A stretch of DNA of 64,000 nt, taken from Entomortierella parvispora E1425 (taxonomy: Eukaryota; Fungi; Mortierellomycota). The stretch is taken from assembly GCA_020891255.1 (NCBI GenBank), contig BQFW01000011.1, positions 248,001 to 312,000 on the forward strand. The letters are read 5' to 3'. Numbering within the stretch: the stretch's first letter is position 1; each line of letters begins with the position of its first letter. Shown here piece after piece: positions 12,523-23,904 of the stretch. The position numbers and the translations under genes are program-made. The notes below the pieces were generated by a model that did no database searches, had not been told where the DNA came from, and saw only the letters and a program-made list of their open reading frames with translations.

Positions 12523-15090
12523 TGTTAAAAATGACTGGGCCAGTGTCTGTGTCCTAGAAGGAGAGCTGTGAGCTAGATTTCGCGGAAGAGATCGATCTGA
12601 TAGGGCGGGCTCCGTAGTTCTTGCGGTGGTTGTTGCGACTGGCAAGACTGTTCAAGGTGAGTCCAATCCTCTTTTATATCGTCTTGATCTCTCTCCTTGT
12701 TCCTCCCTGAACTTTCCCCCTCCGTAATTTTCCACATGCCTTGCTGTTTTCCACCGGTGTTATCGACAGGTGTTGTCTCCAGTGGCAGTCTAGTATCCTT
12801 GGGTGTTATCTCCTGATTTCCCTGCCCTTGCATTCCCTGCCGTTTCGTATCCTTCCCACTCTTACTGTTGCCGTCCCTTTTTTTTTTTTTTTTGGAAATT
12901 TGCTCATTTTGGTCTCTTCATGTCTTTCACCCATGCTGAGGACAGTGCGTTTGCTCTGTCAGGGTCTTTGATGGATGAGACGTAGTATCAATACTTGTTG
13001 TATGGAGACTGCAGGCTCTTGGCCTTTTATATCCAAGATCTTTTTCCAAGAACGGAGACTATTTTTTTTATGAACCCTCTGGCTCTCCTCCCAATACTTG
13101 CTCCCCTCCTTGTTCGGAGATATTGATCCTTGATACATCCCCTTCATCTGTTCAGATACTTTCCTACACACCAACCAACGGTACATGCAGTCTTAATTTG
13201 TCTCTTTCGGGCAGTTGCGGGAAGATTTTGAATTACCCGGGCACGATCTTTGGGTTCACAGACCATGTAGTGGTAACACTTAGTAGTCCAATCCAATAAA
13301 CCGCTCATTGTTTTATTGACTCGTCAAGTTAAATGTTGGCCCCCTTCTAAATCGCTCCCTTCGGCTCATTTGGGTACGCGCTAAACGTCTAGTCGGTACA
13401 ACTCTACCCTCTTGCCCTTATTTTTTTTTTTTTTTTTTTTTTTTGAATGTCCTGCGATGGGTGGAAGTGGCATGGTGGGTCCTGGCAGATGGGAGTCCAC
13501 AATGTTCTCGGCTCGTTCTTCACCCTTGGTATCCATTGGCGTTGCGATCGGTCCCAGCTTGAACATCCGCTCTCTTTTTCATCTCCAAGGACTTTGCTCG
13601 ATGGCTGGGCATGTTCAGCTAAAGCAAGGATGATCGGGAAACATGAATGGAAGAGAGAACCTTTTGGGCAAAGGTAAAGGTATTGGGTGGAGGTACATGC
13701 ACTAGGAACTCGTGTCGCGTCTGATCTGGGTTCGTGATAGCTAAGGCCGACGGAACTGACTTCCGCGTTTGTCCACTGAGGTCGAAAGAAGCATCTGCGA
13801 GTGTGCGTGTTGTTACCCAGACTTCCCGAGTATGATCGTAGACCGAGCAGCTGGTAGAAGATGGTTCTTCATTGGAGTTCCCCCAGATCCTATTCCTACG
13901 AGCTTTTTTCTGATTTCCTCCTGCGAGAAGCTTCACCGGATCGTACGTGCGTTGTGCGATTTGTGTGCCTTCCAGAACTTCGTCCACTGTCACGACGGTT
14001 GTCTACTGTCGAAGGAGCTGAAGAAAGAGAGGAAGCACTTTGACGCTTGCAGAACTGAGCGTGGGAATACGCCCTGCTTTATTTTTGGCGGTTAGCGTAG
14101 GGGGCTGGCACGCCTAGCCCATGCCTCACCCTAATTGTCCGGTAGAACCGAGGAAAAAAATTATCCGCCCCGGCCACGGGTGAGGCATGGGCTGAGCGCG
14201 AGATTGAGAACCGATTGGAGTGTGCCCCTTAAGCATGAGCCCAGCCAAAAATAATGACAGCACAGCGATTCCCATGTGGCTCTCCACCAGAGTTGATTCT
14301 GCCACCCACTGCTCAACTGCGCTTATCGGGCGGGATCGGTGCTTTGAGTTGTGCATGGCCGGAATTAGACACCGATGGATTGGGCTCGGTGTATATATCG
14401 CGTTTGGCTATTGAAGGTAAGGAGTCTATTGTATCCGCCTCTGCCCTCGGAGACGCCTTAGCCCGGCTCTTCACGACATGTTGTAAAGTCACTATTGCCT
14501 GGGAGAAGACCTGGGGGTCCGCCCAAAGATGAAGCAGTGTTGCCAACTGTGGAACAATGCTTAGGCGACTCTAGCCCCTGACTCTTCCGCCTCCGAACAC
14601 GCTTCCGACTAACCATCATCAGGGCGTTACGACTAGATTATCCACTCAAAACAAAGTGAGGGTCCATTTGTAACACCTTTCTCCTCCTACTTTCTTACTG
14701 CACGACGAAGGGTAGCGACATTTATGGCGCAGGGATCTAGCGACCCAGGTCGGCTGGACCCCATGCGGCTTGCTCAGGCTGTGAGATGATGACATGCCCC
14801 AACTTACATTTTAATATGTCCAGTGCAATGAAGCCGAATTGCCTGCAGCGCAGGAGGAAAGTCTGAGTTCAGGCAATCGAGCGCATGCGGATCAACCATG
14901 CTCCAACGAGGAGTAGTGACATACTTTTTTGAAGAATGCACTTGCACTCTGGCGATCTCCCTTCGTAAGGTATATAAAGACGTGCTCGTTCCCTTGAGAT
15001 TCATCGCTTCATAAACAACTTCACCAATACCTGCCTAGCTTGTATCTCCTCTCCACTTCCGACACTTCTTTCGAGCAACTAATCACCAAC

Positions 15091-15927
15091 ATGCTCAAGC
15101 TCCTCTCCCTGACTCACGTGGTCATCCTCATTGCCGTCGCAGTCGCTTCGCCTATCATCCACCACCATTCCGACTCCTCTCCCACCGTCTTCAGAGTCAA
15201 CACCAATGACTCTCCGTCCCAAGGTGGCTTCGACAGCAACACCGACGCCTCCCCTGCCCTCAAGTCGGCCCTAGCCGGGGCCGCGAGCTACAGTGACCGC
15301 CAGGCCATCCTCTTCACCAACCCTCCGGACGCCTCTAATGTCACCTTCACTTTCATCAACAACACCGTTACTGATGGCACAGGCGGTACTATCGCGCTCT
15401 CAACCGTCAATAACTTCCCTGCCCTCATTGGTACCGGGGTCGCCATGGCTGTTGGCTTTGTCAATCCATGTGGGCTCAACGTGCCGCACTCGCATCCACG
15501 CGCCAACGAGTTTCTCACCGTCATCCAGGGCGAGCTCGCTGCTGGGCTGGTCCTTGAGATCAATGAAGGCAGCGGCGGTCATATCGTAGGAAAGCCTGCG
15601 CAAGTCAACGGACCAATCCCGTTGGTCACTGTCAGCCTTTCCAACTACAAAGGCATGCTCTTCCCTCAGGGCGAGACTCACTTCCAGTACAACCCAACGT
15701 GTGAGCCCGCGCTCTTTGTGGCCGCGTTTGACAGCTCGGACCCAGGACGCACACAGATCGCGCGTAACTTCTTCTCCAATATGCCCGACGAGATGCTTAT
15801 CGCGTCTGCGGGAAGCGACCTGGAAGTGTTGGACGCGAAGCGCATTGCCGAATTTCGGGATAAAATCCCGAACTCGTATGCTGTGGTTATGGAAGAGTGT
15901 GCGAAGAGGTGTGGGCTTCTTGATTAA
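15091..15927 (+). CDS. Secreted germin/spherulin-like cupin protein (278 aa)
   Basis: Signal peptide MLKLLSLTHVVILIAVAVA. Germin boxes CGLNVPHSHPRANEF and GMLFPQGETHFQYN retain the H-H-E-H metal ligands. TATA-like GTATATAAAG at ~14970. Confidence 0.9.
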   Translation: MLKLLSLTHVVILIAVAVASPIIHHHSDSSPTVFRVNTNDSPSQGGFDSNTDASPALKSALAGAASYSDRQAILFTNPPDASNVTFTFINNTVTDGTGGTIALSTVNNFPALIGTGVAMAVGFVNPCGLNVPHSHPRANEFLTVIQGELAAGLVLEINEGSGGHIVGKPAQVNGPIPLVTVSLSNYKGMLFPQGETHFQYNPTCEPALFVAAFDSSDPGRTQIARNFFSNMPDEMLIASAGSDLEVLDAKRIAEFRDKIPNSYAVVMEECAKRCGLLD

Positions 15928-16148
15928 GAGCTGCACATTGTTGGTCATGGTCAGTAGATCAAGGACCTAGTATCGAATCTTCAAGGAGGAACACCCTCTT
16001 GTAGACTAAGATTGGCGATTGATACTCTTTTGTTTTATATGGCTGGGGTTTATTAGCAACCATTGTTACCAAGCAGAGGACTGGAATGTTGTTATTAAAA
16101 AGAATTTTTGAATGGCTGTTGTACTGCGAGGAAGCTCCATTTTTCTGC

Positions 16149-16180
<32 letters not shown>

Positions 16181-17334
16181 GGGCGTCGATGCAGTGCGAA
16201 TCTGGTATTAATTGTTGCATCGGCCGCCCTGAGAGATGCTGCTGATGCTCAAATATATCGAATGTGGAAAACGCGCGAGCCATCGTTGAAACTGGTCTCC
16301 ACGGAGCATGAATCGATTGAAAGGACGACAAGACAGATGATGCCTCAGTTGCACCAGTTCGCTTTAGCAACAACCCGCAGCGTTTGGCTGAAGCCTTGGG
16401 AGGAGCTCCAAATCCGCTGCCTTTGAGTTCCTTCGGAGTTGTTGTAGACGTGGGCTGTTTATTGTTGGCTGTTAATCAGAGGCGGGTACTTGCAAGGAAA
16501 AGTGAGAACATGAGGACAGTGAAACGGATGCTCGATCAACAGCATTGGTTGCCGATAGAAACTGGGGATAAACGGAGAACGGTTCAAGACAGCAAAAGAG
16601 CAAGGCCAGAAAGGAGATATAGATAGTGTCAAACCGGTAAGTAGATCGACGTTTCACATTGATGCATTGAGCATGAGAAAGAGATCTGGGATCGTGGCGA
16701 CATATATCAAGCCTGAAATACCTGTGCAGCAAAACAAAACAAAAAAGGACAGTCCAACAAAAAAAGGGACGGGCTCTCTCTACGAAGAGCTAAAGCCAAT
16801 TTTTGCGATTCAGGGCACCAGAGAGCACCAGCAGAGATCACAGAGCAAGTTTGTTCGCGCCTTTCCACCAATCTAAAACCAACTCTGCCTTTACCACAAC
16901 TCTTTCGTTGTTTGCCACCAACCTCGCGGATCGCCACCAATCTAAAACCAACTTTTTGCCTTGCCACTGAGCTTTCGCGCCTCTCCACCAATCTTGATAC
17001 CAGCCTCACGCCTTCCCACCGATCGCTTATCACACACCACCGATCGCTTATCACACACGCACCAGTTTCACGGATCTACCAAACTAGAAAACTGGTCAAT
17101 GATGGCGCAAGGTCCCAACATTGGCGGCGCTAGGGTCATTTAGAGGACTTTTTGAAAGCAATGTCCCGTCCTGGTACCTTCGTACGTTGGCTCAAGATAT
17201 GCCTTTGGTGCATTTGCACGTCAAAGTTGTCTCTCCGTGCTAAAGCCATGTAAAAATCTTCCAGATTGGTGGCACTGTGCTATGATCAAAACGACGAATG
17301 AAGAAGTTCATGAATCGCTGATCGGGAGAGGAAC

Positions 17335-17460
17335 TCCAATGAAGCACCTGCGATCGAGGAAGAATCTCAATGAAGCAACTGCGATCGGGGAAGAACCTCA
17401 GTGAAGCACCTACGATTGAGGAAGAATCTCAGTGAAGCACCTGCGATCGGAGGAAGAATT
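17335..17460. repeat. ~30-bp tandem repeat x4 in the left inverted arm
   Basis: TGAAGCACCTGCGATCG(A/G)GGAAGAA(T/C)CTCA is repeated four times. Confidence 0.8.
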
Positions 17461-17710
17461 TCAAAGAAAGAAGCGCGCGATCGGAAGATTTTTTTTTTTC
17501 TTGGTTGCAAATGTCCACGTTCAATGGGCGTGCGACAAAAACGATCATGATTTAAGGATTCGGGTTCCTCTCCGCGTGTTGCACTACATTATACTCCCAA
17601 AGCTCCCTTCAACACAGTTTATCAGGTGAATACTGCAAAACTATTCTACACAAGAGGGTCTCAGCCCCAAGGTTAACAGTGAAGCAACAGCAAAAGAAGT
17701 AAATTACACC

Positions 17711-18250
17711 CTAATTGGCATTAACGCAGTTATTCTCTGCGAACAAGTCCTGTGTCTGGGCAAGGGTGCTCTCGATGTGGTTGATGTAAGGCTGCGCCTG
17801 GGCCTTGGCATAGACGACGGTGATCTTTCTGAGGATGGTACCAATCAACTCCTTACTTGAAGCATTGATAGTGTCCAGCTTCTCACGAGTGACATCGCAC
17901 TGCTTGGCCTTCTCAACCTCAGCAACACGGCCCTTTACGTCGTTAAAAAGAGTTTTGGAGCTCTGATCAAGCTCCTTGAAAGAGTCGAGAAGAGTGACAG
18001 TATCAGCAAGACCAATGAGGGCTGCATCGTTGGCGGTTATTTGACCGGACGCAATCAAGGAGATGATGTTGTCGGCTGCATCGACAACAGGCTGGATGTT
18101 GCCGTCAAAGGCTTTGACAGTAGTGTCTAACTTGTCAAAAGCAGCTGCGAGATTGGTGATGACATTCTTGACAGGGGTGTCACGCTTAATAATCATGGAG
18201 TAGGCGCCGGACATGGCAGTCAGCATGATGATGGGAGTAGCGAACTTCAT
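17711..18250 (-). CDS. Secreted HsbA / cell-wall mannoprotein (Mp1p)-like helical protein, 179 aa
   Basis: ATG at 18250: signal peptide MKFATPIIMLTAMSGAYS, then a KR Kex2 site. DTPVKNVITNLAAAFDKLDTTVKAFDGNIQPVVDAA and the amphipathic-helix pattern resemble the hydrophobic surface binding protein A family. Intronless. Confidence 0.7.
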   Translation of the reverse strand: MKFATPIIMLTAMSGAYSMIIKRDTPVKNVITNLAAAFDKLDTTVKAFDGNIQPVVDAADNIISLIASGQITANDAALIGLADTVTLLDSFKELDQSSKTLFNDVKGRVAEVEKAKQCDVTREKLDTINASSKELIGTILRKITVVYAKAQAQPYINHIESTLAQTQDLFAENNCVNAN

Positions 18251-19944
18251 GATGGCGGTTATTTGTGTTTTTTGTGTCAGTAAATTAAGAAGAGAGAATA
18301 GTTGACAGACATAAATAATATGTCCATTCGATGACTGGGAAGGGATACTAAAAAAAATGGTCAAACAAAATCAAGGGATGGAGAGTTGAAAGCTGAGAAG
18401 GTCAAGAACTGAAAAGGGTTCTCCCGAAATAAAACTCCTGATGAACATAAAAGCTCGAGGATATATGGACAAGGGGCAACACTAAACAGACAGCCTGAAG
18501 GAGGCACGTTAAAGGGGCAACGAGCAGCCGAAATCAAGGGAAATTCCAACGGAGAAAAAAATCGAGGAGGCACGGAGTCAAAAAAGAGCGGCGCCGTGAG
18601 ACCGAAACCAGGAAATTCCTCCGATCGCAGGGGCTTGATTGGAATTCGCTAGTGCTTCCTCTCCCGATCATCGATTCATGAAATTTCATTTGAGTCGTTC
18701 GCCTGTCGCACGGCGCCACCAATTTATAATATTTTTACATGGTTTTAGCACGGAGAGACAACTTTGACGTGGAAATGCTCCAAGCTCTATCTGAGATCCC
18801 AGGTTACCAACAACGTGGTCAAAAAGCTGCACCAAAGGAATATCTTGAGCCAACGTATAAAGGTACCAGGACGGGACATTTCTACCAAAAAAGTCCTCTA
18901 AATGACCCTTGCGCCGCTAATGTTGGGCCTTGCGCTATCAATTGACAGGTTTTCCAGCTAGGTAGATCCGTGAAGCTGATGCGTGTGTGATAAGCGATTG
19001 GTGGCAAGGCGTGAGGCTGGTAGCAAGATTGGTGAAGAGGCGCGAAAAGTAAGTGGCAAGGCAAAAAGTTGGTTTTAAGTTGGTGGCAAGGAACGAAAGA
19101 CTAGTGGTAAAGGCAACGAGCTGGTTTTAGATTGGTGGCAACACGCGAGATTGGTGGCAAGGCGCGAACAAAGTAGTGGCAAAGTACGAGTTTTGGTGGC
19201 AATGTTTCAGGTTGGTGGTGTCATGTTTACTTCCTCTGTAATCTCTGGTTGTTCTGGTCGAAAAGAAACCCACCATTAGGACAGACTTCAAGCCAGGTTT
19301 TAAATTCAGATGTGCCATGTTTTCCAAGGTAAAAGGTAGTCCGAGTAGGACCCACGGCTGTTATTTTTCTTCCTTCTCTTTTTAGAATATGTTGTGCTTG
19401 TGGTTGTTCTCCGCGGGTCATTTCCTTGCTCGTGACAGCTGGGCTCCAAACACAGACCACAACAAGAAGGACTCCAATAGACTTTAGAAGTAAAAAAAAG
19501 GAACACGCCGCGTTTTCTGCCAGGCTCTCATTGCCCCTCATAGACCGAGGATATAAACAACAACACGCCGCGTTTCTCAACTCGGCACTAGTTTGTTCCT
19601 CTTCACTTATAAGTATAATACATGCCGCACATCGAAGTTCCCACTTTTCTAAATCCCAGTCAACGATCCCACCTTTATCCTCCAGCCAGCTCCTACAAAC
19701 AAGGTGAGAAATCTGCCATTTTAGCCCTGTGTGGTGCAGCTGCCTTCACGGTATCCATCGATATTTTTTTTCCCTCTCCTATTGTGCTTAATCAAAAAAT
19801 CTCTTTCCCCTCAATTGACCCCCCCCCCCCTCCAACCTCTTCCTCGAGCCTCTCCTGTCGTCTCCCTGACTATAGTATTTGTCGTTATTATAGTATTAAT
19901 CACGCTTCTCCTCCAACAACTTGCTTAGAAATTGGTCTCAGACA

Positions 19945-21060
19945 ATGGGCTTTTTGAAGGATCTGAAAAAAAAGGCGGCGGTTCTTGCAAAAGAAGTTGC
20001 CAATGAGATTGGGTCTGTTCAATCTCAAGTAACCTCCAGTCCGTTGAGTGCCTTTCCGTCGGGAATCACCAATGAGATTAAGTCTGTCCAATCTCAAGTA
20101 ACTTCCAGTCCGTTGAGTGCCTTTCCGTCGGGAATCACCAATGAGATTGGGTCTGTCCAATCTCAAGTAACCTCCAGTCCGTTGAGTACCTTTCCGTCGG
20201 GAATCACCAATGCGATTGGGTCTGTCCAATCTCAAGTAACTTCCAGTCCGTTGAGTGCCTTTCCATCGGGAATCACCAATGAGATTGGGTCTGTCCAATC
20301 TCAAATAACCTCCAGTCCGTTGAGTGCCCTTCCGTCGGGAATCACCAATGCGATTGGGTCTGTCCAATCTCAAGTAACCTCCAATCCGTTGAGTGCCTTT
20401 CCGTCGGGAATCACCGATGAGATTAAGTCTGTCCAATCTCAAATAACTTCCAGTCCGTTGAGTGCCTTTGCATCGGGAATCACCAATGAGATTGAGTCTG
20501 TCCAATCTCAAGTAGCTTCCAATCCGTTGAGTACCTTTCCGTCGGGAATCAACAATGCGATTGGGTCTGTCCAATCTCAAGTAGCTTCCAGTCCGTTGAG
20601 TGCCTTTCCGTCGGGAATCAACAATGCGATTGGGTCTGTCCAATCTCAAGTAACCTCCAGTCCGTTGAGTACCTTTCCGTCAGGAATCACCAATGCGATT
20701 GGGTCTGTCCAATCTCAAGTAACCTCCAATTCGCTGAGTGCCTTTGCATCGGGAATCAATGCTGGAGTTAGTCCACGAAGCAGTTCACTTGGAAGTGTTT
20801 CAGTGAGAACAAGCACAGCCAACTCTGCGCATTTTACAGTGAGGAACTATAGTGGTGAAGAACAGCTTGCGACTCTCAGCTACACGTACAATAATTTCCC
20901 TAAACAAGACACATGCTCACTGAATCCAGGAAGCATCTGGACAAAACCAATTGCAATGCCTGACTTGGATAAACCAGTATATGTTGGGTTGGGTACCGCT
21001 TCCGTCCTTGTAACTCTTAACGACCCCCGTAACGCTGATTTTGAAATCAGAGCCAATTAA
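19945..21060 (+). CDS. 371-aa protein with 11 tandem 23-aa repeats and a small non-repetitive C-terminal domain; unknown function
   Basis: ATG at 19945 (MGFLKDLKKKAAVLAKEVA). Repeat consensus NEIGSVQSQVTSSPLSAFPSGIT. The frame is kept through all copies. Confidence 0.75.
   Translation: MGFLKDLKKKAAVLAKEVANEIGSVQSQVTSSPLSAFPSGITNEIKSVQSQVTSSPLSAFPSGITNEIGSVQSQVTSSPLSTFPSGITNAIGSVQSQVTSSPLSAFPSGITNEIGSVQSQITSSPLSALPSGITNAIGSVQSQVTSNPLSAFPSGITDEIKSVQSQITSSPLSAFASGITNEIESVQSQVASNPLSTFPSGINNAIGSVQSQVASSPLSAFPSGINNAIGSVQSQVTSSPLSTFPSGITNAIGSVQSQVTSNSLSAFASGINAGVSPRSSSLGSVSVRTSTANSAHFTVRNYSGEEQLATLSYTYNNFPKQDTCSLNPGSIWTKPIAMPDLDKPVYVGLGTASVLVTLNDPRNADFEIRAN
20002..20760 (+). repeat. 69-bp coding minisatellite, 11 copies without indels
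   Basis: Units start at 20002, 20071 ... 20692 (exact 69-bp period). Confidence 0.95.
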
Positions 21061-21409
21061 AGAAAAAAATCGTTCAAGGGCACAGAGCAAGACGATATCC
21101 TTGTAAGGCATCGATCCTGCCAGCGGTTGTGTGATAATAAAAAAAACACGGTGATAACTTCGAGAGCAGAAATGTCGCGTCGCACGAGCTGCCAAAAATC
21201 TCATGAGCTCTTCCCTCATGCATGGTTCATGTAGTCTGTACACATAGCGTTGTTATTGAAAGAAGTTTCCATCGTAAGATGGGTGCCAGCCAAGCAGAAC
21301 AGAGTAGCAAAGTGAAGAGGTTAGTCTACTTGGTTCACGCCCTTCACAACCACGAAATCAAAAGACAATCCACTGAAGAATAATGACCAGCGAGGTCATG
21401 GAACTGTGT

Positions 21410-22114
21410 TTATTTGCACTTGCCCGTGTTGGTAGATGGCGCAACAAGTGATTCGTCATATGGTTGATCAGGACCCAGAGTGGTCCCAAGAGTTTGGTGG
21501 TTTCCTGCTTGGATAGAAACTCCAAAGTTAATGTAAGACTTGTCAGGAGCCACCACCCAACCCTGAGCCCAAGCCCATGTGCTAATGCCTTTCTTGCTCT
21601 TAAAGTTGAACAAGTTTCTATGAAAGATCTGTTCTAGAAAATAGTTGACGTCCTGTGGATTCACAGCACCACCAAAAATGACACAGCTTGTTGTGTCCAG
21701 GGCGCCGGTGTGGTAGACACAAAATTCTCGGAGCCACGGGATATTGATCGTGAAGGTCCAAAGGGGACAACTGCCGCTGCACTCCGGGCTATGGTACTGA
21801 TCAGTGTGGCATCCTTCGTACAGGTAAAACTCATGGAACCAGATAGGGGTGAGGCTTTTTTGAGATGGCGGGGCAACATTGCGCGAGTTGTCTGGGCCGA
21901 CTGGGGTCCACGCAGCCTTATCGTTGAAAAAAGATCGGTCCGGGTCATGTGGGGTCCACGAGGCATTGGTTGGAGACCCAACCGGGCCAGAATTGACAGG
22001 AGGTGGATAAGGGACAGCGGTCGCGGTAGGTTTGGCCGGGGCAGCGAAAGCTGGTAGAGCCGATAACAAGGTAGTTGCCAAAGAGACAACAGTGATCGTT
22101 GAGAACAACCTCAT
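21410..22114 (-). CDS. Secreted protein of unknown function, 234 aa, Pro-rich N-terminus and Cys/aromatic-rich domain
   Basis: Signal peptide MRLFSTITVVSLATTLLSALPAFA, uninterrupted ORF, TATA-like TATAAAA upstream (~22290). Confidence 0.75.
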   Translation of the reverse strand: MRLFSTITVVSLATTLLSALPAFAAPAKPTATAVPYPPPVNSGPVGSPTNASWTPHDPDRSFFNDKAAWTPVGPDNSRNVAPPSQKSLTPIWFHEFYLYEGCHTDQYHSPECSGSCPLWTFTINIPWLREFCVYHTGALDTTSCVIFGGAVNPQDVNYFLEQIFHRNLFNFKSKKGISTWAWAQGWVVAPDKSYINFGVSIQAGNHQTLGTTLGPDQPYDESLVAPSTNTGKCK

Positions 22115-22813
22115 GGCTGGTATCTATTCAAAGGGTGCGACCATACGAGCAATATAATTGATTTTGTTAGTGGGAGAGTGCAGGGAGAGTCTGGGAAGAA
22201 ATGCAAACGGAAACGTTACCAAATGAAAAGAGAGTGTAGCTGAAAAGAGTGGCGAGGATTTTTTTTCAAGCGTTCCTTTCACGTTTTATACCGAGCAAAG
22301 CTCTCGGCGTGAATCTCACATGCCCCGGGTTTGCAAAATCCTCGATGGGGGCGGGGGATGTTGTGCATTCTTCAGCGCCATAGACCGGTTGGTCTTTTCA
22401 AATCTGGGTAAGTTTCCAATATGGTTAGTGTAACCCACAAGAAAGCACTCAACCTCCTTTTCAACCCAACCATTTGCAATCCGATACGGCACCATGGCAA
22501 AACTGCATGGGCGTATACACTTAAAAAAAAAAGAGAGAGAGAGAGATATCATAATGTGCTCATCCCCCAGGATGGCAGCCAAGCTTCTGTTGGGTTGTGT
22601 GGGAAAGTATGGCAAGATGAGAGTGGGAAAATAACCAGGATACCATCTTTGATGGGGAGGGGAGGTTTTACCATCCTTGTTACGTGAACACAAATCTGAG
22701 CTGCTCTTTTGTCCTCTCTGTGTCTTGTCTTTGTGTCTGATTATTCATGCCTGAGATGGCTCAGCATTGCGATTGGAGGAGTCGTTGAGTGACCGAGGTC
22801 ATGGGCGTGAAGT

Positions 22814-22874
22814 CTGTCTCTCTCTCTGTCTTTCTCTCTGTCTCTCTCTGTCTTTCTCTCTGTCTCTCTCTCTT
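22814..22874. repeat. Compound (TC)n microsatellite
   Basis: TCTGTCTCTCTCTCTGTCTTTCTCTC... tract. Confidence 0.85.
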
Positions 22875-23585
22875 TAACTATTTGACTTGATCATCGATAA
22901 CAGCCTCCTTTCTTCCAGGTCAAGAGAATCTTTGTCTTGATTCTTCGGGCTATTTGGCCATTTCTGAAAAAGTTTTTTTTTTTTTTTTTTTGACGGGCAA
23001 GAAACTTGTGAGGCGCAAAAAAAAAATCTTTGCATTGTGCACCGTTTTACAAGGAGTAATAACCATGACCTAGCCAAATCTGCCAGAGAGTCTGAGAATC
23101 TGGCTTAAAAAGGATGTGATCTGAGCATAGCTTACTCAAAAGCGCGTCTTCCGCGGGTTCGTCTACAGCTTAAGCGGCGACTTCCCGCGATCCACACCAA
23201 TGCATTAAACATCCTATCTTAGCTCCATTCTATCATCTCTCAAGCTCCTGTCGTAACTACCAAGCGGTAGCCATTACCCGATTAACATCACTAGAAATTT
23301 GCCACGAGGTGTCTCTTCTGGTGTCATAGCTAGGACAAGAGGGATTAAAAGAGCATCATCGTCTCCGCTGGTTCACATATGATTGTCCGAGGTCTAATCA
23401 TTGTTCTTTCCATGGTGCACGTCGATCACGGAACCTTTGCTTCTAATGCTCATGAGCTCGGACTAGATACAAGCGCGTTGCCAGACTATTCCTTAGTGTG
23501 CATTGAATTGGGTGAAGGATATGGCCTCAAAGATATGAGAAACAAGGAACAGAGCCTCATCCCAGAAACTGCATCTGTGTACATA

Positions 23586-23904
23586 TAGGCTCGAACCAGC
23601 CCTCTCTCCTCGCTACTTGACCTGCCGAAGGCGGTCATATCCTCGTAGAGGGGCTGGGGGATAATATGGCCTTTTCCTTGTCATAGATATAAAAGGAAGG
23701 GGCGTAAGGGTCTTTACATGCAATTCTTCATGATTTCGAATGAGCCCAAAATGAAAGACGCACAAATCCCATGTAAAGACCCTTAAGCACCTTCCTTTTA
23801 TATCTATGACAAGGAAAAGGCCATATTATCCCCCAGCCCCTCTACGAGGATATGACCGCCTTCGGCAGGTCAAGTAGCGAGGAGAGAGGGCTGGGTCGAG
23901 CCTA
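23586..23904. mobile_element. MITE, 319 bp, 135-bp TIRs, 9-bp TSD (Mutator/MULE-like)
   Basis: TIRs 23586-23720 and 23770-23904 are near-perfect reverse complements (TAGGCTCGA.CCAGCCCTCTCTCCTCGCTACTTGACCTGCC...). Direct repeat GTGTACATA at 23577-23585 and 23905-23913. Confidence 0.93.

Larger units (their letters stand above)
16815..19258. mobile_element. Decayed foldback-like element: ~600-bp imperfect inverted arms (~16815-17480 and ~18600-19258) with internal sub-repeats, enclosing one gene
   Basis: 17060-17257 is the reverse complement of ~18731-18990 (e.g. ATTTTTACATGG.TTTAGCACGGAGAGACAACTTTGACGTG; GGTACCAGGACGGGACATT; AAAAAGTCCTCTAAATGACCCT). CCACCAATC/ATTGGTGGC sub-repeats and GATCGGGAGAGGAA / CCTGCGATCG motifs are mirrored. 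No transposase and no clear TSD. Confidence 0.75.

Noticed and set aside
19900-20649. 249-aa minus-strand Arg-rich repeat ORF
   Set aside because: Reverse frame of the 69-bp repeat, open only because the unit lacks a stop in that frame. No convincing start.
20002-20760. CRISPR-like or other spacer array interpretation of the periodic repeats (also 16860-17460)
   Set aside because: The repeats are contiguous with no unique spacers, there are no cas genes, and the context is eukaryotic.
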